From Octopus sinensis (taxonomy: Eukaryota): 64,000 nt of DNA. Within the stretch, counting starts at the first letter, position 1; every line of letters begins with the position of its first letter. This document shows, piece by piece, positions 13,043 through 25,622 of this stretch. Both the position numbers and the translations under genes were made by a program. The stretch lies in assembly GCF_006345805.1 (NCBI RefSeq), contig NC_043000.1:149606001-149670000 (forward strand), given 5' to 3'. Below the pieces are notes generated by a model. That model was not told where the DNA came from, did no database searches, and saw nothing but the letters and a program-made list of their open reading frames with translations.

Positions 13043-13208
13043 AATATATATACATTTTTTTTTTAATTTTTTAAAATTTTCCATACATCCGTTTTCATTA
13101 AAGTTTACCTTTGATTTTATAATTTAAGGTTCTGCCTTTTTATAATTTTTCTTTGCCTATCATTTCTCCACGTGCGGTCAACACAAACCCACCATTTATT
13201 GATTTGTA

Positions 13209-13281
<73 letters not shown>

Positions 13282-13289
13282 ATAATATA

Positions 13290-13990
13290 CTGTTCGGTGA
13301 TAGAAAATTCAACAAAAAAGTACTCTGGTGAGAGATAAATATTATTTATTTAAAGGTGACAATACATTCATTAAAGCGCTACCAATAGTTTCATATGTTG
13401 AGAAAACTTAAACATATTCTTCAAGCGCAAACCACATATCATAACGAGCTACAAACATTGAATAATAGAAGAAACGCCAAAAAATTGAGAAGGCAGCATA
13501 TAGTAAACAACGGGAAGTAAACAACAGAAAACGAAAAACGGAAGCACAATTATATATGATAGATTTAGTCATACATCGCTTAACCAAGTGGACAGGATAA
13601 TATATGAGGCAGAAGTTACTACAACCTTAAATAATACAACTGATAAGAAAACCTACATTGGATTATGCGAAAGTGAATTTAAAAATCGTTATGCCAATCA
13701 CAACCTTCTTCTGACATAGGGGCAAGTGTTAGGCTACTAAGTTGGCTCGACACATATGGACTTTGAAATATAACGAAACACTATATGTGATTAAATTGAA
13801 AGTAACTGAGAAATTCAATCCTTATATGAATGAACCGAATAAGTGTAGACTTTGTTTGACTGAAAGAGTGCAGATCCTATTCAGATCTAAGATTCCTAAC
13901 TCTCTAATGAACTCCAGGTCAGAAATTATCAGTGATCGCATGCGTATGTAAAAATATAACTTGAAAAATTGGAAAATTCCGTCTATTCCT
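13290..13990 (+). mobile_element. Penelope/Poseidon-type GIY-YIG remnant preceded by an inverted pLTR
   Basis: IYEAEVTT...TYIGLCESEFKNRYANH...LARHIWTLK...CRLCLTERVQIL on + (13545-13950); hammerhead-bearing pLTR on - upstream. Confidence 0.75.
13376..13428 (-). ncRNA. Minimal hammerhead motif, U3.G8 variant, in an inverted pLTR
   Basis: GCGC TTGAAGA ATATG [15 nt] CATAT GAAA CTATTGG TA GCGC. Confidence 0.55.
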
Positions 13991-14110
13991 GACTGACTTG
14001 ATATCTTTCCAGCCTTATCATTTAAGGTCTATGGAGAACAGCTATTCTACCATTTTACTTTTTACATTTTAGTTTCTGCAGTAAAAGGGCTTCCTGCATC
14101 AGAGTGTATA

Positions 14111-14903
14111 TACTCTTTACTCTTTTACTTGTTTCAGTCATTTGACTGCGGCCATGCTGGAGCACCGCCTTTAGTCGAGGAAATCAACCCCGGGACTTAT
14201 TCTTTGTAAGCCCAGTACTTATTCTATCGGACCCTTTTGCCGAACCGCTAAGTGACGGGGACGTAAACACACCAGCATCGGTTGTCAAGCAATGCTAGGG
14301 GGACAAACACAGACACACAAACACACACACATACATATATATATATACATATATATACATATATATACACTAGCAGTATCGCCCGGCGTTGCTCAGGTTT
14401 GTATGGTAAATAACTATAAAGCATTTTTAGAGAGTTATAGCCAAAAAACAGCAAAAAGATGGAAAAAAATGATGGTAAATTTTTTTTTAGTTAAAAAGGT
14501 GGAGTTGCGTCCCCTAGACAGTTTGCAATTTGTGTTTCTGATTCTCGACCCCATGTCGAATTTATCGATTTTTTTCAGAACTGGGGGAACTTTTCAAAAT
14601 TTTCGCTGCGTTAGTTTTGAATTATGACATTGGGCTATGTGTGTGTCAAGTTTCATCAGAATCGGTTGAAAGCCGTGGTCAGGGTGAGGGTACAAGAAAA
14701 CAGACACACAGAAACACGCACAGACAAACTGCCGTTTATATATAGAGAGAGATATATGACAGGCTTCTTTCAGTTTCCGTCAAGGCATTGGTCGGCCCGG
14801 GGCTATAGCAGAAGACACTTGCCCAAGATGCCACGCAGTGGGACTGAACCCGGAACCATGTGGTTGGTTAGCAAGCTACTTACCACACAGCCACTCCCGC
14901 GCC
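14111..14903 (-). mobile_element. SINE family A split by a Helitron inserted in its internal (TA)n
   Basis: 3' half at 14111-14369, 5' half at 14753-14903. Confidence 0.9.
14370..14752 (-). mobile_element. Non-autonomous Helitron (variant internal sequence)
   Basis: Same CTAG/hairpin terminus and TC start, A|T insertion. Confidence 0.8.
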
Positions 14904-15571
14904 TATGATTATGTTAAATATATTTGTGTACATACACATACACACATACACATGTATATATATATATATATAAAATCAGCTAGTTGTCCTTAAGTCAGAA
15001 ATAAAAGCTCACTCAAAGTAAGTGCTATAGTAGATATATTTTTATATCATCAAATAATATATTACTCGTAATGGCATATAACTAGTCAGAATGTTATAAG
15101 TTTCACCAAATATTGCTGGACGCGATTAAAAAAGATCTGAGAATTAAAGTCAAGGGACAGGCATGGGACCACTTGAAATGGAAGGCACTGGTAGACCTGG
15201 TCGGCACTATGGACGGTGACACTGCTGGAACCTCTAACTTGGGATGACTCCATCGAAGAAGAGCATGAGTTGAACTGAGCTGAAACTATACAGATATCCT
15301 TTGGACTTGCTTTTCACGAGTGTTTAAGAGTAGCACAGCTAAAAATGCATCTATAAAAATACAAGCTATATAGTTGCCTATTGCGATACTCCCCGTATCA
15401 AAGGTGATATATAACTAATCAGTTAGTTGTCCATAAGTCGGAAATTAAAGCACACTCAATATGAATAATAGAGAGGAAATATTCTGAGTGCGCTTTAAAT
15501 TTCTGAGTTGGTCAATTGTTTTGATATGCCTGTTGTTAGCTGCACGTGTTCTAATATCAAACTGTAAACAA

Positions 15572-16185
15572 GGCGGCGGGCTGGCAGACTCGTTAGCACG
15601 CCGGGCGAAATGTGTAGCCGTATTTCGTCCCCCGTTACGTTCTGAGTTCAAATTCCGCCCAGGTCGACTTTGCCTTTCATCCTTTCGGGGTCGATAAATT
15701 AAGTACCAGTTACGCACTGGAGTCGATGTAATCGACTTAATCCGTTTGTCTGTCCTTGTTTGTTCTCTCTGTGTTTAGCCTCTTGTGGGTAGTAAAGAAA
15801 TAGGTATTTCGTCTGCCGCTACATTCTGAGTTCAAATTCCGCCGAGATCAACTTTGCTTTTCATTCTTTCGGGGTCGATAAATTATGTGCCAGTTACGCA
15901 CAGGGGTCGATGTAATCGACTTAATCCGTTTGTCTGTCCTTGTTTATCCCCTCTGTGTTTAGCCCCTTGTGGGCAATAAAGAAATAAGAAACGTTAACAC
16001 GCCCGGCGAAATGCTTAGCACTATTTCGTCTGTCTTACGTTCTGATTTCAAATTCTGCCGAGGTTGACTTCGCCTTTTTTCTTTTCGGGCTCGATAAATT
16101 AAGTACCAGTTGCGTACTAGGGTCGATCTAATCGACTGGCCCCTTCCCTCAAAATTTCGGGCGTTGTACCTAGAGTAGAAACGAA
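15572..16185 (+). mobile_element. Three tandem, partly truncated copies of tRNA-derived SINE family B
   Basis: Head ggcggcgggctggcag...gttcaaattccgcc and body gcctttcatcctttcggggtcgataaattaagtaccag repeated three times. Confidence 0.85.
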
Positions 16186-16519
16186 TAATTATCATACAAA
16201 GTTACTTCAATGCACCAAATATGAAATCAATTGAAGAAATTGAAAAGCGGCAACCAAACAGAATAGAACCTAACTGTTATTTTAATCAATGTAGGAGTCT
16301 GTTTTGACAGGCCTATTATTAAAACAAATGTACCAACAAAGATTAATATTACATTCATAAAATGGGGTTAAATAAATTAGAACAAAAGTCAGAATACCAA
16401 ATTATAGAAAATTAGAACAAAAGTCAGAATACCAAATTATAGAAAATACGAAGAATTTCATTCATGGAAGTCAAAATTGCTTTTATTAAAAAAAAAATTA
16501 TTTCTTTAGTGAAAGTAAT

Positions 16520-16578
<59 letters not shown>

Positions 16579-16601
16579 TCTCTTTCTCTCGCCGTCTCTT
16601 T

Positions 16602-16646
<45 letters not shown>

Positions 16647-16714
16647 GTATACACACACACACGTTGTTATATTTTGGAGTATCATTTTTTTGCCAACTAA
16701 ACACACGCATTATA

Positions 16715-17010
16715 TATTCATTCTTCATTTCATACTATTGTTCTTATTTTTGAGTCTTTTGTCTTAAATCATTCGCTCCACCTCCTATGACCTCTTCAGC
16801 GACTCTCCATTCTACGTGCTTCCTCCAGTTCTGTTTAGTCTATTCTGTCTTTCTGTGGACTAAACAGAACGGGGGGGGGGGGAGACACAGAATAGACTAA
16901 AAAGAACACAGTGGGGACACACGTAGGATGGAGAGTCGCTGAAGAGGTTACAGGATGTGTGACGAAAGATCTAAGACAAAGATAAGAACAATAATAAAGC
17001 TGAAGTGAAG
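16715..17010. mobile_element. Two diverged pLTR copies in inverted orientation around a G12 run
   Basis: acctcttcagcgactctccattctacgtg is mirrored by cacgtaggatggagagtcgctgaagaggt; each arm carries an outward-pointing hammerhead-like motif. Confidence 0.7.
16935..16977 (+). ncRNA. Minimal hammerhead motif with an extra G between A9 and stem II
   Basis: GTCG CTGAAGA G GTTACA GGATG TGTGAC GAAA GATC TA AGAC. Confidence 0.6.
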
Positions 17011-17269
17011 AACGAATACGTAGTGCAAGCGTTTATAAGGACAAAGAAAAACAATTACACTCCCAAAATATAACAATATCGAAATATAACGCACATAAGG
17101 AATCTTGCAAAAAAATACATAAACGTATACACACACGCGCGGGTACTTGACATTGCCATCAAAGGTGGTCAATAGTAAGTGGTATGCAAAGCAGCTTAAC
17201 TGGAGACTCGCGTCTAGTACCAGGGATTTGGTACATGTATACGTACGTACACACACACGTGCGTACATC

Positions 17270-17306
<37 letters not shown>

Positions 17307-17344
17307 ATACATAAGTGAGCACAACTATATAGGCCAATAAGGAT

Positions 17345-18015
17345 GTCATGTCACTTAAACAGAGAACGACACTGCATAAGGAACAGATTCATTTCCCAAG
17401 ATATAAGGCCAACATAGCATTGAGCGAACATATAAAGAAATATGCGGGGAATTTCCAAACAAACTTCAAGGTTTTCTCCATCTACCAGTGCCAGGAAACA
17501 ATCTCTATACAACAAAGATTAAATAAAGAGAATATACAGGGTCAATAATACTCAACCATAACAAAAATGAATACACCAGAAACACCCCCGAAAGACAATG
17601 TAACTGCAGATCTCCAAACCGCTGCCCTCTAAACAACAACTGTCTCGGAAAAGAACTTGTGTACAAGGCCAAAATCACGGATCCCAAGGGAGTAGCAAAG
17701 ACGGAATGACGGGCAACTTGTTCAAGGAAAGGTATACACAACACCCGACGTCATTCATGAACGAAAAGAAAATCTCCGCAACATCCCTACCCTGTATGAT
17801 ATGAACATTGAAAGAAGGTAAAATAAGTAATTCCCAGATAAAGTGGAACATCATTGCTAAAGCTAGAGAATACAAAGGATGGAATACCAAATATGATCTC
17901 TGTATCATTGAAAAATTAAATATCATAGTCAACAGATAACATCCTAAATATTGTGGATGAAATCTTGTCTTCTTCCATACACAAGCAATATTTCACACTT
18001 AAACATTTCAAAGAG
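17345..18015 (+). mobile_element. Penelope/Poseidon-type GIY-YIG remnant
   Basis: CNCRSPNRCPLNNNCLGKELVYKAKIT...FKERY...IKWNIIAKAREY...LCIIEKL across frameshifts. Confidence 0.75.
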
Positions 18016-18625
18016 GAACCACTACCAGCGCCGCTAATTCCACCAGGATAGCTCCTTTCCTGAATGCGAAATTTGAATATACGTAACACACGAACTCCAC
18101 TCACAGAATAAATATATCCCATAACAAGCTACCTCAGCGCACAAACATACACACCTAGAATATAATATAAGATAATGCAAACAAATTTACCATCCAGCAT
18201 GACTGTTTGCCCAAAAGTCAAACCCAAGGGAGATAACCACTCAAAATATGTCATCCAAGAGTAGCGCCCCTTGATTTATTGATGCTTTTAAGAGAGTCTC
18301 TTGAATTCAACCAGAGTTTGTGTTTTTATGATCGTGCTTGACAACTTGTTATGATATTAAGATATTTTTCTTAACATAAAACCAATGGTAGCCTTAATAC
18401 ACACACACACACACACATACATGTTTATGCGGTTATGTTTGACTCCCACCACCGCTTGGCAATCAGTATTGCTGTGCTTACGTTCCAGTAACTGAGCGGT
18501 TCAGCAAAACAGGCGAATAAGCTTTGAAAAATAAGCCGTATGGTCGAATTGTTCGACTAAAGCCCTTCATGGTGGTGCCGCAGCATGGCCGCAGAATGAA
18601 AAATATATATATATATTTTTTTTTT

Positions 18626-19026
18626 TTTACTTGTTTCAGTCATTTGACTGCGGCCATGCTGGAGCACCGCCTTTAGTCGAGGAAATCAACCCCGGGACTT
18701 ATTCTTTGTAAGCCCAGTACTTATTCTATCGTTCCCTTTTGCCGAACCGCTAAGTGACGGGGACGTAAACACACCAGCATCGGTTGTCAAGCAATGCTAG
18801 GGCGACAAACACAGACACACAAACATACATGCAGACACACATATATATATATATACATATATACGACAGGCTTCTTTCAGTTTCCGCCTACCAAATCCAC
18901 TCACAAGGCCTTGATCGGCCCGAGGCTATAGTAGAAGACACTTGCCCAAGATGCCACGCAGTGGGACTGAACCCGGAACCATGTGGTTGGTAAGCAAGCT
19001 ACTTACCACACAGCCCCTCCTGCGCC
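18626..19026 (-). mobile_element. SINE family A, full length
   Basis: Reverse complement of the 44082 copy. Confidence 0.9.
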
Positions 19027-19497
19027 TATGTATATCTTCTTTTCATTTTGTCGTTGCTGTTGTTATTATCATCATTATTGTTGTTGTTGTTGTTGACATT
19101 GCTTTTCTTCAGTGTCATGTTTTCGTCTTTGTAGGGAATTCTTTTGAGAATTTTATGACCAGCTTTGCAAGTAAACTTTTGGAGTTCGATAAACTTATTT
19201 TTGTTCTTTGTTATTCGTTGAAGTTAGTTCTGTTGGAACATTTTTCAGATGGATTTTTAGACACCATTCAAACATAGAGGCAGGCATTGCTATTGATCAC
19301 CCCCTTTTGGCCACTCTGTTATCGTCACATACTTCTTCAACGCCCTCTACTTCTTCAGCCACCCCTCCACCTTGGATCTTTCCACTGCCCTAGAGAGCAA
19401 TACCGCCCACTTTGGGAACCACTGAATTAGGACTTTGCTTTTGATCTTTTTCAGTGTTGATAACATAGGTCCAACCAAATTCTAACTTTATATATAA

Positions 19498-19993
19498 CTA
19501 GCAGTATCGCCCGGCGTTGCTCGGGTTTGTAAGGGAAATAACTATATAAGCATTTTTAGAGAGTTATAGCCAAAAAATAGCAAAAAATGCATTAAAAATG
19601 GAAAAAAAATATGGTAAATTTTTTTAAATCGTTGACTCATCGTAGACATTTTTAGAGAGTTACTTCCCTTATATAATAGCAAAAAAATGCATTAAAATGG
19701 AAAAAAATGATGGTAAATTTTTTTTAAATCGTTGACTCATCGTAGACATTTTTAGAGAGTTACTTCCCTTATATAATAGCAAAAAATGCATTAAAATGGA
19801 AAAAAATGATGGTAAATTTTTTTTTAAATCGTAGACTCATCGTAGACGCGCGCTAATACCCAGAAGAGCTCGATATGAATCACGACTATAAGATACCCGG
19901 TTTTGGTTACACTGCACCGCAAAATGTGGGAGTAGTTAGGAATATAAATCGTAGGAGACAGACAGCACACAACCTCTCTTTTATATATAAAGA
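19498..19993 (-). mobile_element. Non-autonomous Helitron with an internal ~100-bp tandem duplication
   Basis: TC...CTAG termini on -, A|T target; duplicated gcattaaaatgg...gagttacttccc block. Confidence 0.85.
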
Positions 19994-20579
19994 TTCATTA
20001 TATTCTCTCGTAAATCATGTGCGTAATTCATCTGTTAAATATCATCATCACGACAATGACATCGTTATCGTCGTTGGTCGTTGTCGTCGTCGTCATTATC
20101 ATTGCAAATAATATGTACTTAAAAATGTTATGTATAATCTAGCTTATTTTCTACTTAGATATGTTGAGAAAAAATCTGAGAAAACCTTACCTTGGTTCCA
20201 TTGAATTTATTTTTTATTAATTGCGAACGTGTTACAGTACCTGGAATCATATTAAAATAGTTATTGAAGTAAAACATTTAATATTGACGCTGTACTGAAA
20301 TATTTAAATTTTAAAAAAGAATTTACATTATAATTACAGATAATTTCACATCAGTTTCTGTATAGTAGATTTGTACTCCTATATGTATATATAGAGTCAT
20401 CAGATAAGATCCAAAGATGTTCAGTATAGAAAACACGTTGTAATGCTTAAATGATGCTCAAACGATTTGAACTTACATTCCGAAGCCTTTATCGAGGACT
20501 GAGCCTGCGGCGTAAAGAGTGGCTATGAGAGAAATCCGGGTGAGCCGATATGGAGACAGTGATGTAGACAAATACACTT

Positions 20580-21078
20580 GGGCTTGATATATAGAATGCA
20601 CATACATACAGCATCTCGAAAGAGTCCAGAAGCTGGCTACCCGCATGGTTCATGGTCTCAAAAATGTGTCCTATGAAGAAAGGCTGAGGACGCTCGACCT
20701 TTATTCTCTAGAAAAACGCCGCCGCCGTGGTGATCTCATTCTCGCTCACAACATCATAAGCGGAAAGTGTAACCTCTCGAAAGAGCTGTTCTTCACTCCT
20801 GCTCCAGAGCGTCGGCTGCGGGGTCACCCCGAAAAGCTCTACCTGCGACGATTTCGTCTCAATCGAAGGAGAGGAGCTTTCTCCGTCCGGGTTGCGGATC
20901 CGTGAAACAAGCTGCCAGACGAGATGGTGAAGATGCCGACGACCGCTTTGTTCAAAGTCTCCCTTGACCTCAAGTGGCCTGAACTCTTTACATGAACACC
21001 ACCCTGTACTTAACTCCATGTCCCCCTACATAGCCTTGCTATTTGCTTTTGAGCCAAATTAACTAACTAACTAACTAA
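20580..21078 (+). mobile_element. CR1-clade LINE 3' end
   Basis: LERVQKLATRMVHGLKNVSYEERLRTLDLYSLEKRRRRGDLI...LRGH...FSVRV and an (AACT)n tail. Confidence 0.9.
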
Positions 21079-21164
21079 CATACATACACACATACATACA
21101 TACATACATACATACATACATACATACATACATACATACATACATACATACATACATACATACA

Positions 21165-21430
21165 TGGGGCAGAGATGCAGGAAAGCAGTAAAATGTGTCA
21201 ACCGATGCAGACTTTGTGGAGTTAACACCGAAGATATCACCCACATCGTAAGCAGTTGTCTGAAAATGTCTACTTATGAGACATGATGTTGTAGCTAGGA
21301 CACTTTATATTGAGATCCGTCGGAAGGATAACCCCGAGGACAAGGAAATAAGAACCCACAGAATGGTGGAAGCCATAGCTACTTATAATAAAAAGGAATA
21401 CTGGTGGTATTTCCTAGTGAAAACCTCAAT
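21165..21430 (+). mobile_element. R4/Dong-type RLE LINE fragment abutting (CATA)n
   Basis: CRLCGVNTEDITHIVSSC...RHDVVARTLY zinc knuckle; same family as 55165-56090. Confidence 0.75.
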
Positions 21431-21589
21431 ACTACCACCAACAATGAGCCACAAATCTGGTCTGTGGCCCTCAGTAAGTTGTTCCATAGGAATTTCAAGT
21501 TGTGTTCTATGTTACATTTCTGTAACTCCTCCCCCTTCTCGTCAAATGTTCAATTAGGACGTCTCTATATCTCTGACTATTCAAAGGAT

Positions 21590-22250
21590 CCTTAAGCTTC
21601 CAAACCCTTCTTTTCCAGACTCGTCTGCGCTTTGAAATCCTTCTAGCCTGAGGTCTGAAGTCGCTAATGACGGACCTGTGTTGAGGGGTACATTCTTCAC
21701 CCGGGAACACCTTTGCATTTATGAGCAACCGTGTAATCCGCTTTCTGGTGATAATGTAGATAATCTGGCTAGGTTGGTCACCAGATCGATTAGTCATCAG
21801 GCAATTGGTTGGCTTCCCGAAATTGGCGTTACAGATCATTAAGTTATTTGCATCACTAAACTCCAGTAGCCTTGTTCTCTCCCCAGTACAGGAACCAACT
21901 TCATGGCCACCTCGTACACCACCAGGATGCTATCCATGTTCATTTTAGTCACCAACCACAAGATAAGGTCACTGTCATTTGCCTTGAGGTACTCTGCAAA
22001 AGAATATCATAAAATTGCTCTCTCTGTTCATTTGGCAGACACGGTTGAGAGGCATGAACAGAAATAATTGTTGCTGTACTACTTTGAAAAACTAGTCTAA
22101 GCTTAAGTATTTTATTGCTCATTCTGTCAACCGCAGTCACCTTATCTACCCATTTCTCTGCTAGAAAAATGCGCACACCATGTACTCCGTCATTGTGGCT
22201 TTCCCAGAATGTTTTTGCCTGTGAGGAACCTGGCTGAAGCTCCCCTCCGC
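21590..22250 (-). mobile_element. RTE LINE AP-endonuclease remnant
   Basis: GVRIFLAEKWVDKV...DRMSNKIL...IISVHA...GEECTPQHRSVISDF. Confidence 0.85.
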
Positions 22251-22413
22251 CTTACTTTTTGAATGCAACATACATTGACATTCCTCTATTCAAGCATCTC
22301 AACAATCTCGTCAGTCCTACCTTTCATTATATCTACACTGACAGTGTCAATTGTAATGAAATGAAAGGGGAAGCGGGTGCAAACAAGGAGAAGAGGATGG
22401 CATTCAGCATACA

Positions 22414-22458
<45 letters not shown>

Positions 22459-23427
22459 TCTCACACGCGCATACATATATGTATATATATACACACATAC
22501 ACACATGCACATCCCCCTACACACACACACACACACACACACCATATTACTGGATGTCTGCATCCAATTCTTTTCCTTTCTGAATATCTTTGGGAATGAT
22601 CCAACCTTAACTATGCAGTGTTGTTGGTGATATGTACAATACTCAACACCTACAAATGAATGTTTAAAGGCTATGTTAATTAGATAACAATGCATTTCAA
22701 AATTCTTAAATTATGTTAGTCAAGATAACGTTTCAATGTAAGAATGCTGGATTGATCTGGCAACTACTACACAAAGTTTCTGATCATATCATATCACAGT
22801 TCTGTAATTAATACTTTGGGAGTAGCAGTGTCAGTGAACTTTACACGTTTCTTTCAAATATTTTAGTCGGAGATAACAACTACTTCCCTAAACATCAACA
22901 ATAATACAATAAGATGCTTGGATTTACAGAAACGGCTAATCCTGTAAGATAAAACAAGGATGAAACAGAAATATACATAAGCATAAAATTATAAAGTATA
23001 TTAAAGGATATGAAATAACTCACTTTGAAAATTTAATGGTAGTCTTGCAATAAACATTATTATAATAATTATAACAAAAGTCATACACAGCTTCTTAACT
23101 TGGACCATTTTTATCTAAAAAAAAAAAGAAGAAGAAATAACGAGAAAATGTTGAAAGTTACTCGTGATAATATTTAAGATTGATTATTATTTTTTAATTA
23201 TTTAGCTTGAAATAGGAGTCAAATCTTCAAGTGGTATTCTATCGCCTTTAAAAGGGAAGGACGGTAGAAGACTATGTAGTCTTACACATAAAACTGCAGG
23301 ATGATCATGACTGGAACACGTCTAACAATAGGTCCGCTGGATCACTAGTGGCTTGGATTTAAACAACAAGACCAACAACAAATCAATAACAGCAACAACA
23401 ATAAAATCGTGAGATGCAGCACGAAGT

Positions 23428-23478
23428 TTTGTCAGTGAACAGGTCGCAGTCTCAAAGCGACGAAAATATTTTGACAAA
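23428..23478 (+). ncRNA. Hammerhead ribozyme motif with swapped G3-C8 core in a ~220-bp solo pLTR-like repeat (23400-23620)
   Basis: TTTGTCA GTGAACA G GTCGC AGTCTCAAA GCGAC GAAA ATAT TT TGACAAA: 7-bp stem I, 5-bp stem II, palindromic AATATT stem III. Confidence 0.65.
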
Positions 23479-24769
23479 TTAAATTTAAATGTTGAAGTGA
23501 ATCTAACGGTTTTGTGTGTTTCTTAAATGGCTTATAAACACCTTCCATGCTGCAATTGTTTTCGTTCCAGCACACGATCTCAGATCAAGTCACTCGCTAT
23601 GCAAGTACATCTCCGTAAAACAATAAAATCATTATCAACAAATTCAAGCATGAGTAGGGAGTGAATTTCCAAGAGAAACTGATCTCAGGGAAAGAAATGA
23701 ATATGCGGCATCTTTAGCATGGCTTTTGTGGGATAAAGTGTTTGACTTATTAAGAATAATGATAAAAGGATATGTAATATAGAGAGTGTAAGCAGCCTTC
23801 TAACACAGACAGGAGGCTGCTACGGTAGGAGGTGAAGAGGTGGAGAGGTAAAACACTGTACGTGTGTCCAGTGGGTACAGCATGTTGAGTTAGTCTTTTC
23901 AAATCATCATCAGTGTGATCTATATTGGATGTCACTAATATAAAACCGGTACTCAATGTGTACTGCACTTGAGCATTTTAGAGGATCAGCATCCGTTTTG
24001 AGAGGAACTATTTTCTAGCTCTGGAAAGCAAGTCTAGTGAGATGGCTATGAGAGGCCATTGGAAATTGTGAGTGCTAACATCATTGCGTTGTGCTTATAC
24101 ATAAGTTAGTGCAGTGCAAGAACTATTTACACTGATTTGTTTCTTTGTAATACGAAGGCAAAAGTTGTATGATCTCATTGGACAGTGGTTTAAAGGTCTC
24201 TGTTACTCTGGATAAATCTTAAAATGTGAATAAAATCTGAGATATCTTTATCAGTATAAAAATTGTTTCGTATGCATGAAGTAAGTCACAAATGGCTGAG
24301 TTAATAAAGTGACATATGAATATATAAAGCATATATGTAGAGCTCCAGTAATCTATATAAACTTTAGTATTTATGGGAGATTTAGTGTTATGGCTTGTGA
24401 GCCACAGTATTCTCATATTAAATTTATAATGCATAATTAATAAGAAGTCATACGCAGCCCACAGACAGCAGTGTTTTGATATTTGAGAAAAGAGAAAAGG
24501 AGAAATTGTAACAATTATACTCTTTTCCTAAGCATATCAATAATGGAAGTGATGTGAGTCCAACGCAAGATTGAATTGCAGTCATAGTTTGCCTGCATTT
24601 TACTGCTGACGTACAATTGCTTGTGAATAGGCTATTGGATTCACAATCGTCACCTCTTCCTCTCCTGGTGTCAATAACATTATTTACCTATTGATGGGAC
24701 AATTGATTTCTACACAGATTTCTGGGTTACACACTTACACTTCAAGCATCATAGTAGATTGTTGAGAGC

Positions 24770-25622
24770 TGTTCAGAGTTTTTATAGAGACAGTAGGGCG
24801 TGAGTGATGAAGTAAGTGGTGTGTAAGGTTGATATGAAGGTGGGATTAAAACAGGGTTGTCTCCATGATGTCTCCATGACTATTTCATTTATTATTGGAT
24901 GGTGTGGTGAGAGTGGCTAGAATCATTGGTAGGGGAGCCCAAATGGTGGGAGAAAATGGAAAGAAGTGTTAGGTGAGTCAGTTGTTGTTTGCCGATGATA
25001 CAGCACTAGTGGCGGATTCGAAAGAGCATCTGAGGAGACTAGTGGTAGAGTTTGGAAGAGTGTGTGAGAGGAGGAAACTGAAAGTGAATGTAACTAAGAG
25101 TAAGGTAATGAGATGTTCGAGAGATGGAAGGGCTGGTAAGATGGATGTGAATATAAATGGTGAAATGTCAGAGGAGGTGAGTATTTTTAAGTATTTAGGA
25201 TTACATGTGCCGGCGGATGGGGTTGGCTGAGGAAGTGGGATACAGAGTGAGGGAGGGGATTAAGATACTTGGAGTTGTGAAAGGTGTGCTGAGAGAGAAA
25301 AGGTTGAGTATGAAAGCGAAAAGAGCGAGATTGTGCCGACGATGTTATATGGTGCAGAGACGTTGGGGCTGAGAAAGGCGGAAAGAAGGCGACTGGATGT
25401 GTTTGTGATGAGTTGTCTGAGGGCTATGGTTGGTGTGACACGGATGGACAGAATGAGGAATGAGGAGGTGCGAAGGCGAGCAGGAACGAAAGAAAAACTA
25501 ACAACTAAATTGGATAGACGAATTTTGAGATGGTTTGGCCACATGGAGAGGATGGATGAGGAGTGGATGGTAAGGAGGGTGATGAAGGCAGAAGTGGTAG
25601 GCAGCAGAACCAGAGGCAAACC
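24770..25622 (+). mobile_element. RTE (BovB-like) LINE, RT C-terminal part
   Basis: LLFADDTALVADS...FGRVCERRKLKVNVTKSKVM...FKYLG...PTMLYGAE...LRWFGHMERM. Confidence 0.9.

Larger units (their letters stand above)
9835..13160 (-). mobile_element. Neptune-like PLE (RT C-terminal half plus GIY-YIG) with an inverted 5' pLTR
   Basis: RT ...APVLANLIMG...WKRYLDDCFIIW...LPFLDL...DIYHKPTD (11361-11860) and CGTCPF...NLIYVRTCAGC...YVGQT (10681-11187). Arms 9835-11116 and 11863-13160 are inverted copies. Confidence 0.9.

Noticed and set aside
22800-22955. Candidate upstream exon for the HtrL-like gene (acceptor ttttatcttacAG, donor GTATTA on -)
   Set aside because: Stop codons in all three frames; cannot be supported as coding.
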